Source: Bacteroidota bacterium (lineage in GTDB: Bacteria; Bacteroidota; Bacteroidia; JAFLBG01). From it: a stretch of 64,000 nucleotides of DNA. Of this stretch, positions 57,036 through 64,000 are shown piece by piece. The position numbers and the translations under genes were made by a program. How positions within the stretch are numbered: position 1 is the stretch's first letter; every line of letters starts with the position of its first letter. The notes beneath the pieces are model-generated. The model was given only the letters and a program-made list of their open reading frames with translations. It did not search any database and was not told the origin of the DNA. Where the stretch lies: contig JAFLBG010000005.1 in assembly GCA_017303975.1 (NCBI GenBank), positions 39,353 to 103,352 of the forward strand. Reading direction: 5' to 3'.

Positions 57036-59903
57036 TCAAGCCATTTCTTCTAAATAACTTTCCATTGGCAAACACGTACAGATTAAATTCCTGTCTCCGT
57101 GAGCGTTATCTATCCTAGAAACACTTGGCCAAAATTTATTGTCCTTAACCCAATTTAGTGGATAAACTGCCTTTTCTCTGGAATAAGAGTACTTCCAATC
57201 TGAGTTAATTACTCGTTTTGCAGTATGCGGAGCATTTTTTATGATGTTATTTGTTGCATCAAATTTACCTTGGGCTATTTCATCTATCTCCTTTTTTATT
57301 TCTATCATGGCTTCGCAAAATTTATCCAACTCCTGCAGTGATTCGCTTTCTGTAGGTTCCACCATTAACGTATCGTGCACAGGAAATGCAACGGTAGGGG
57401 CATGAAACCCATAATCCATCAATCGTTTAGCAATATCTGCAACTTCTACACCGGTTGTCTTTTTAAATTCTTTGCAATCTAAAATCATTTCGTGGGCTAC
57501 ACGATTATTTTTTCCTACATATAATATTGGGTAATAGTCTTTCAGGATTTCTTTCATGTAATTGGCATTCAAAATAGCCATTTTAGTGGCTTCAGTAACA
57601 CCATCAGCCCCCAACATTTTTATATAGCCGTAGGAAATGAGTAAAATCAAAGCACTCCCGAACGGTGCAGCCGAAACAGCCGGAATTCCTTGTACTCCAC
57701 TTACTTTAACCAATGGATGAGACGGTAAAAACGGCACTAAATGTTTAGCAACACCAATAGGACCCATTCCCGGACCACCGCCACCATGAGGAATAGCAAA
57801 GGTTTTGTGTAAATTTAAGTGGCACACATCGGCACCTATATTTCCGGGGCTTGTTAATCCTACTTGTGCATTCATATTGGCGCCATCCATATATACTTGG
57901 CCGCCATTGTCATGAATTATTTTGGTAATATCTGTGATTGCCTCCTCGTAAACACCGTGTGTAGATGGGTATGTAACCATCAAGCAAGATAGATTTTCCT
58001 TATGCTTTTCGGCTTTTTCTTTCAAATCAGCCACATCAATATTTCCATTTTCATCGCATTTAACCACCACAATAGACATTCCTGCCATAGCCGCACTTGC
58101 AGGATTAGTGCCATGCGCAGAAGATGGAATTAATGCAATGTTTCTGTGTGCGTGTCCTCTTGATTTGTGGTATTCTCTAATTACCATCAATCCTGCATAC
58201 TCGCCTTGTGCACCAGAATTTGGCTGAAAACTCATTGATGCAAAGCCTGTAATCTCAGACAAATCTTTATTTAACTCGTCAATGATTTGCCAATAACCTT
58301 CCGCTTGCTCTTTAGGAACAAAAGGATGAATGTTGGCAAACTCAGGCCATGTAAGAGGAATAAGCTCTGCTGCCGCATTTAACTTCATCGTGCAAGAGCC
58401 TAGAGAGATCATGGAATGTGTTAGAGAAAGATCTTTATTCTCTAGCCTTTTAATGTAGCGCATCAACTCGCTTTCTGAATAGTATGTATTAAAAATTGGA
58501 TGTGTTAAATAGCTTGATTGACGAGCCAATGCCGATGAAGCAATAACACCTTTGTTTTGAAACGCAATAGTAGCCACGCTACCTGATTTATATTCGGCAA
58601 AAACCGAAACTATATCTTTCACATCACTCTCGTTAACGGTTTGGTCGATAGAAATGGTAAGGCTTGCAGCATCTATATATCTAAAATTTATTTCTTTATG
58701 CTCTGCTATTGCCTTTATTTTTGAGGTGTCAATATTTACAATTTTGATGGTATCGAAATACAAGTCGCTTTCTACGTTAAATCCTAACTTTTGCAACTCT
58801 GCTGAAATTGTAGCAGCATAATTATGTGTTTGTTGAGCTATATATTTAATTCCATCAGGACCGTGATAAACAGCATACATACTGGCCATAATAGCCAACA
58901 ATGCTTGCGCGGTACAAATATTAGACGTTGCTTTTTCTCTACGAATATGTTGCTCACGTGTTTGCAATGCCATACGCAGCGCGTGGTTGCCTTCTGCATC
59001 TACAGATACTCCAATTATTCTGCCCGGGAACAACCGTTTATAATCTTCTTTAGCTGCAAAAAAAGCCGCGTGTGGCCCACCATAACCAAGCGGCACACCA
59101 AATCGTTGGGAATTTCCTAAAACAATATCAGCACCCCATTCTCCAGGAGGTTTTAGTAAAGCAAGAGCAAGCAAGTCGGAACCTACAGCAATCGCAATAT
59201 TTTCGGCCTTGGCGGCATCAACAAAGGCAGTATAATCATATACTTTACCTTCGGCAGTTGGATATTGAATATACACTCCAAAAAACGAGCTGTTTAATTT
59301 AGTGTTCTTCCAATTTCCTATTACCAGCTCAATACCAAGCGGAGTAGCGCGAGATTTAAGTACATCCATGCTTTGTGGCAATACTTCATCAGAAACAAAA
59401 AATTTGTTTGCACCACCCTTTACGGCTTCTCTAGAACGATTGCTAAATAGCATAGCCATAGCCTCTGCAGCAGCAGTAGCTTCATCTAGCAAAGATGCAT
59501 TTGCTACAGGCATAGCAGTTAAATCGCACACCATTGTTTGAAAATTGAGTAGCGCCTCTAATCTACCCTGCGCAATTTCTGCTTGGTATGGCGTGTATGC
59601 CGTGTACCAACCAGGATTTTCTAAGATATTGCGCTGTATTACAGCAGGCACAATAGTTCCATAATAACCCAATCCGATATACGAACGAAATGTTTTATTT
59701 TTTTTTGCGGTAATTCTTAACTGTTTATGGTATTCAAATTCGGATAAAGCAGGAGAAATATTTAGCTTGTTTTTTAAGCGAATATTTGTGGGTATTGTTT
59801 GGGCTATCAACTCATCAACAGAGCCGACCCCAATTTTTTTGATCATTGTTTCTATCTGACTTTTTCCCGGGCCGTTGTGGCGATTGACAAACAAATCCTT
59901 CAT
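57036..59903 (-). CDS. gcvP: glycine dehydrogenase (decarboxylating), single-chain P-protein
   Basis: 955 aa; N-terminus FVNRHNGP and the PLP-lysine region conserved. Confidence 0.9.
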   Translation of the reverse strand: MKDLFVNRHNGPGKSQIETMIKKIGVGSVDELIAQTIPTNIRLKNKLNISPALSEFEYHKQLRITAKKNKTFRSYIGLGYYGTIVPAVIQRNILENPGWYTAYTPYQAEIAQGRLEALLNFQTMVCDLTAMPVANASLLDEATAAAEAMAMLFSNRSREAVKGGANKFFVSDEVLPQSMDVLKSRATPLGIELVIGNWKNTKLNSSFFGVYIQYPTAEGKVYDYTAFVDAAKAENIAIAVGSDLLALALLKPPGEWGADIVLGNSQRFGVPLGYGGPHAAFFAAKEDYKRLFPGRIIGVSVDAEGNHALRMALQTREQHIRREKATSNICTAQALLAIMASMYAVYHGPDGIKYIAQQTHNYAATISAELQKLGFNVESDLYFDTIKIVNIDTSKIKAIAEHKEINFRYIDAASLTISIDQTVNESDVKDIVSVFAEYKSGSVATIAFQNKGVIASSALARQSSYLTHPIFNTYYSESELMRYIKRLENKDLSLTHSMISLGSCTMKLNAAAELIPLTWPEFANIHPFVPKEQAEGYWQIIDELNKDLSEITGFASMSFQPNSGAQGEYAGLMVIREYHKSRGHAHRNIALIPSSAHGTNPASAAMAGMSIVVVKCDENGNIDVADLKEKAEKHKENLSCLMVTYPSTHGVYEEAITDITKIIHDNGGQVYMDGANMNAQVGLTSPGNIGADVCHLNLHKTFAIPHGGGGPGMGPIGVAKHLVPFLPSHPLVKVSGVQGIPAVSAAPFGSALILLISYGYIKMLGADGVTEATKMAILNANYMKEILKDYYPILYVGKNNRVAHEMILDCKEFKKTTGVEVADIAKRLMDYGFHAPTVAFPVHDTLMVEPTESESLQELDKFCEAMIEIKKEIDEIAQGKFDATNNIIKNAPHTAKRVINSDWKYSYSREKAVYPLNWVKDNKFWPSVSRIDNAHGDRNLICTCLPMESYLEEMA

Positions 59904-60075
59904 ATCTTATTTTAATTAGCAGAATCTCTCTTTTCAAGAGAATCCATGTTGTTTTTTGATTTTAGTTAGCGTCTATTTTATGCATGTTGGTGAACTAAAT
60001 GCGATTTTAGAATTAAAATCTAACAATCCCACTTTATTACTATAAAGATAAGGAGTTTTATTATTTTTATAACAC

Positions 60076-60720
60076 ATGATTTTAAACATATCTAACTACC
60101 GCATAGTTGTTTTGTTCGTTTTACTAGTTACTCAACTAATTGGCTCTGCTCAAGACTTTAATCCATTTCCTGATACACTCTACTTTATGAATGCAAATAC
60201 GATGGGATGTAAAGTAATTGACTCTACACTATACGGAGCCAAAGTACAAGTGCCCGCAAAAAAGGGCAAAACAAAAGAGATGGTAATAGAGGGCATTCGT
60301 TTATTTTCCATAAAATTTGCAGATGGACATGAAAAAATAATTTATAAACAAGATAGTGCTGTCGAGAATTATTTTACAATAGAAGAAACCCGCTTGTTTA
60401 TTAAAGGAGAGCAGGATGCACAACGGGGATTTAAAAGCACTTGGACCAATGTTGGCGCTGGAGCCATAGGGATAGCCGGTGGCACGTTTAACCCGATATT
60501 AGCATTTTTACCTCCATTTGCCTACGCGGGTGCTATGCTAATACCTAAAATAAAAATCAAACAACACACAGTATCCAACAAGCAATACCTAAAATACGAC
60601 ACCTATCTTTTAGGATACGAACGAGTGGCTAGAAAACGGAAAGCTATGAATGCCTTTGTATATGGGATTTCCGGGGCAGTAACCGGCATACTGATTAAAG
60701 CTATAATACTAGACAAGTAG
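60076..60720 (+). CDS. secreted/membrane hypothetical protein (214 aa)
   Basis: signal peptide plus C-terminal Gly-rich hydrophobic segments. Confidence 0.45.
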   Translation: MILNISNYRIVVLFVLLVTQLIGSAQDFNPFPDTLYFMNANTMGCKVIDSTLYGAKVQVPAKKGKTKEMVIEGIRLFSIKFADGHEKIIYKQDSAVENYFTIEETRLFIKGEQDAQRGFKSTWTNVGAGAIGIAGGTFNPILAFLPPFAYAGAMLIPKIKIKQHTVSNKQYLKYDTYLLGYERVARKRKAMNAFVYGISGAVTGILIKAIILDK

Positions 60721-60811
60721 TTTCTTTCTTTTTTATGAACCTATTGTGTTCATAATCTTTTGGCAGTTTATATTGCATAATTGGTTTCGAATTGTAAATT
60801 CGCATCCCCTT

Positions 60812-61096
60812 ATGACAAAAGAGATAAAAAAGAACATTAAAGACGTAGAAAATAAATTGAAAGATATTATGCTAGCTGACCGCGATTGGCTGGTATATAC
60901 AGAAAATACGGATAAGCATTTTTACGCATTTAAAGAAAACACCATTTTCCCATTTACCACCAACCTAATTGCCTTCTATTTGATAGAAATTGATGCGCAA
61001 ACCACTAGAATTATATCCAGACCATTAGAAACTAAGGCGTATAGAACATACCAAAAGGTGTTAGAGAAGATTACCACTGCCATTTTTCCCAACTAA
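60812..61096 (+). CDS. small hypothetical protein (~95 aa from the internal ATG)
   Basis: ORF 60746..61096; its first 22 codons look like non-coding upstream sequence, so the start is placed at MTKEIKK. Confidence 0.35.
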   Translation: MTKEIKKNIKDVENKLKDIMLADRDWLVYTENTDKHFYAFKENTIFPFTTNLIAFYLIEIDAQTTRIISRPLETKAYRTYQKVLEKITTAIFPN

Positions 61097-61270
61097 GCAA
61101 TATTCTTCTTTCTAAACACTAGCAAAGAATCCGTAGTTTCGTTAAAACTCTTTGTTACTACACACAACAGAAATTTTAACTATTTGATTATAAGCACATT
61201 GAACTTAAATTTGATAGTTTCTGTTACCATTTTTTTTTATATATTTGGGGCTCACTAAACTTAATTAATT

Positions 61271-61807
61271 GTGGCTAAAAAAGTAACTACATCCAACATA
61301 CAACCGCAAGCTTTACAGCTTAACGAGATACAAGATTTGATTAAATTTGTAGCAAAATCGGGCGTAAGCGAGGTTGAGTTGCAAATAAAAGATTTTAAAA
61401 TAACAATTAAAACGCCTGCAGGCTCCAGCAATGCTCCTATTTTGGTTCAAGCAGCGCCTCAGGTAAATACAGCTCCCATAGTGCAAACGGTTGCAGCCCC
61501 TGTTGCCGAAACAAAAGCATCTGAACAAAAAAAGGAAACACCAGCCTCAACTACAGACGAGTCGAAGTATATTACTATTAAGTCGCCAATGATTGGTACA
61601 TTCTACCGCTCAGCAGGACCGGATAAACCTCCATTTGTTAATGTAGGCGATGAAATAAAGCCTGGTAAAGTAATTTGTATTATTGAAGCCATGAAGCTAT
61701 TCAATGAAATTGAAGCTGATATAAAAGGTAAGATTGTAAAGGTATTAGCAAACGATGCTACACCGGTAGAGTACGACCAACCATTATTCTTGGTAGATCC
61801 ATCCTAA
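61271..61807 (+). CDS. accB: acetyl-CoA carboxylase biotin carboxyl carrier protein
   Basis: Ala/Pro-rich linker and C-terminal biotinyl domain with EAMKL; GTG start. Confidence 0.85.
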   Translation: MAKKVTTSNIQPQALQLNEIQDLIKFVAKSGVSEVELQIKDFKITIKTPAGSSNAPILVQAAPQVNTAPIVQTVAAPVAETKASEQKKETPASTTDESKYITIKSPMIGTFYRSAGPDKPPFVNVGDEIKPGKVICIIEAMKLFNEIEADIKGKIVKVLANDATPVEYDQPLFLVDPS

Positions 61808-61888
61808 TTCAGTTAAAAGTGTAAAGTTCAACGTTTTTGTGTTTAAACTTTAGGCTTTAAACTACCCAACTTTAAACTTTAAAAAAGT

Positions 61889-63229
61889 ATGTTTAAAAAA
61901 ATATTAGTTGCCAATCGCGGAGAGATTGCGTTGAGGATTATTAGAACCTGCCGTGAAATGGGCATCCAAACGGTAGCTGTTTATTCCACAGCTGACAAAG
62001 ATTCTTTGCATGTAAAGTTTGCCGATGAAGCGGTTTGTATTGGACCTCCACCGAGCAAAGATTCGTATTTAAACATTCCTAATATTATATCGGCTGCAGA
62101 AATTACCAATGCCGATGCTATACATCCCGGCTATGGGTTTCTATCGGAGAACTCTAAGTTTTCTAAGATTTGTCAAGAACATAAAATAAAATTTATTGGA
62201 GCTACACCAGAGCAAATTGATGCAATGGGAGACAAATCGTCTGCAAAAGACACCATGAAAAAAGCAGGTGTTCCTTGCATACCTGGATCAGAGGGACTTT
62301 TGGAGGATGTAGCAGACGCTAAAAAGACCGCAAAAAAAATTGGATACCCTGTAATCATAAAAGCTACGGCAGGTGGGGGAGGCAGAGGGATGCGTATAAT
62401 TTGGGGTGAAGATGAATTAGAAAAAAACTTTGAATCGGCTACACAAGAAGCTGCTGCTGCATTTGGCAACGGAGCTTTGTACATGGAAAAATACATTGAA
62501 GAGCCTCGACATATAGAAATCCAAATAGCTGGCGATCAATATGGAAAGGTTTGTCATTTATCGGAAAGAGATTGCTCTATACAAAGACGTCATCAAAAAT
62601 TAGCTGAGGAAACTCCCTCGCCTTTTATGACGCAAGAGTTGCGAGAAAAAATGGGAGAAGCTGCCATAAAAGCCGCATCCGCAGTAAATTACGAAGGTGT
62701 AGGCACTATAGAGTTTTTGGTGGATAAACACCGTAATTTCTATTTTATGGAAATGAATACTCGTATTCAAGTGGAACATCCAATTACAGAAGAGGTAATT
62801 GATTACGACTTGATTCGTGAACAAATACTAATTGCATCGGGCGTTCCTATCTCGGGAAAAAATTATTATCCGCAATTGCATGCTATTGAATGTCGCATAA
62901 ATGCAGAAGATCCATTTAATGGATTCAGGCCATCACCGGGGAAAATTACTGTATTACACACCCCTGGCGGACATGGAGTACGCGTAGATTCGCATATTTA
63001 CGCTGGCTATGTTATTCCGCCAAATTACGATTCGATGGTTGCTAAGCTGATTACGATGGCTCAAACACGCGAAGAAGCTATTTCTAAAATGCATCGTGCA
63101 TTAAGTGAATATGTAATTGAAGGTGTTAAAACTACCATTCCGTTTCACTTGCGCTTGATGAAAGACAAAAACTTTATTGAAGGGAAATACACTACTAAGT
63201 TTTTAGAAGATTTTGATTTAACGGCCTAG
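61889..63229 (+). CDS. accC: acetyl-CoA carboxylase biotin carboxylase subunit
   Basis: ATP-grasp motifs ([18 protein letters not shown]), 446 aa. Confidence 0.9.
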   Translation: MFKKILVANRGEIALRIIRTCREMGIQTVAVYSTADKDSLHVKFADEAVCIGPPPSKDSYLNIPNIISAAEITNADAIHPGYGFLSENSKFSKICQEHKIKFIGATPEQIDAMGDKSSAKDTMKKAGVPCIPGSEGLLEDVADAKKTAKKIGYPVIIKATAGGGGRGMRIIWGEDELEKNFESATQEAAAAFGNGALYMEKYIEEPRHIEIQIAGDQYGKVCHLSERDCSIQRRHQKLAEETPSPFMTQELREKMGEAAIKAASAVNYEGVGTIEFLVDKHRNFYFMEMNTRIQVEHPITEEVIDYDLIREQILIASGVPISGKNYYPQLHAIECRINAEDPFNGFRPSPGKITVLHTPGGHGVRVDSHIYAGYVIPPNYDSMVAKLITMAQTREEAISKMHRALSEYVIEGVKTTIPFHLRLMKDKNFIEGKYTTKFLEDFDLTA

Positions 63230-63271
63230 TAAGTCCCGATACTAGCACCTTATTGACTATTGAAAAAACAG

Positions 63272-63310
63272 AAAAATCCGTCACGAAATTATATTCGTGA
63301 CGGATTTTTT
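63272..63310. terminator. bidirectional rho-independent terminator between accC and a convergent T9SS cargo gene
   Basis: AAAAATCCGTCACGAA-ATTATA-TTCGTGACGGATTTTTTTG; perfect 16-bp stem. Confidence 0.75.
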
Positions 63311-63330
63311 TGTTTTTATTTTGGGTTTTC

Positions 63331-64000
63331 TTACTTGTTTAAGATTACCTTTTGGGTTATACGCTCTGATTTACTTTCAGCAACTAGTGTATATACACCA
63401 TCATTTAAATTAGAAAGATTAATTTCTCTACCCATCTGAGCCTTTTCAAATAAAACCTGCTGTCCAAAGGCATTATAAATTTCTAGTTTATCGAAATCTA
63501 TTTCCGTTTCTAAATAAAAAACTCCACTTGTAGGATTAGGGTATATTAAAACAACTCTATTTTCATCAACTGCATCAACACCCAAACAAGCAGATACCAG
63601 TATGGTTCCCATAGCAGTATTGCTACATCCGCTACTATTGGTAAATGAATAGGTAACAGTATGGGTTCCAATGCCAGCAGTACTTGGATTAAACTGACTG
63701 CCTGTAATTCCGGCACCAGAATAAATTCCACCCAAAGGAAGCCCTCCAGAAAGAGCTATGCTGCTGTTGTTTAAACATACTGTATCAATTGCTAACAAAT
63801 TAATACTAACGGTTGGTGTTGCAGCAACAGTAACCAAAATTGAATAAGGGGCTCCGCATCCGTTAGTATTACACTCCGTTAGCGTAAGTGTATTTGTTCC
63901 AACGTTGGTCCAATTAACTGTTATGGTAGATGTAGTTTGTCCAGACACAATTACTCCTCCTGTAATAACCCAATTATAGGTGTTGCCGGATGTTACAGAT
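63331..64000 (-). CDS. C-terminal part of a secreted protein with type-A T9SS CTD; the gene continues beyond the window end
   Basis: reading frame open to position 64000 with no stop; C-terminus LIYPNPTSGVFYLE...ITQKVILNK. Confidence 0.7.
   Translation of the reverse strand, partial: SVTSGNTYNWVITGGVIVSGQTTSTITVNWTNVGTNTLTLTECNTNGCGAPYSILVTVAATPTVSINLLAIDTVCLNNSSIALSGGLPLGGIYSGAGITGSQFNPSTAGIGTHTVTYSFTNSSGCSNTAMGTILVSACLGVDAVDENRVVLIYPNPTSGVFYLETEIDFDKLEIYNAFGQQVLFEKAQMGREINLSNLNDGVYTLVAESKSERITQKVILNK

Overview
AT-rich chromosomal segment, by inference from a Bacteroidota genome of Flavobacteriia/Cytophagia-like type. Sequence hallmarks supporting this are type IX secretion (T9SS) C-terminal sorting domains, PorP/SprF genes, 'gliding motility-associated C-terminal domain' proteins, and an absence of Shine-Dalgarno sequences. 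About 55 genes are tightly packed. Core housekeeping genes (folA, dnaG, kdsB, nadD, pyk, anmK, an acyl-CoA dehydrogenase, rlmN, a polyprenyl synthase, murF, ctpA-like S41 protease, dCMP deaminase, tRNA-Leu(CAA), purN, comF-like, lpxH, gcvP, accB, accC) are interleaved with an unusually high density of T9SS cargo genes. There are five cargo genes with type-A C-terminal domains (CTDs) and two with type-B CTDs, plus two PorP/SprF genes. The window contains no CRISPR array, rRNA gene, integrase or transposase. Five things stand out. (1) A seven-gene, co-directional operon-like block at 26376..35691: a 307-aa lipoprotein, a 174-aa lipoprotein, a DUF1501-like Tat-type secreted protein, two further lipoproteins, a 1186-aa type-B T9SS adhesin and its cognate PorP/SprF. 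It is interrupted by a small palindromic repeat element. (2) A second, inverted copy of that ~70-nt element lies upstream of another lipoprotein gene at 49967..50037. (3) A ~2,090-aa parallel beta-helix T9SS cargo (35796..42065) is broken into three ORFs by two compensating 1-nt frameshifts. (4) A recurrent AAGTTTAAAGTT / AACTTTAAACTT motif sits directly upstream of start codons, once as a perfect 14-bp inverted repeat next to the tRNA. (5) A GH3 (NagZ-like) protein is fused to a beta-lactamase-fold domain, in an operon with a GtrB-like GT2. All functional calls are from motif recognition in the translated ORFs. No database search was run.
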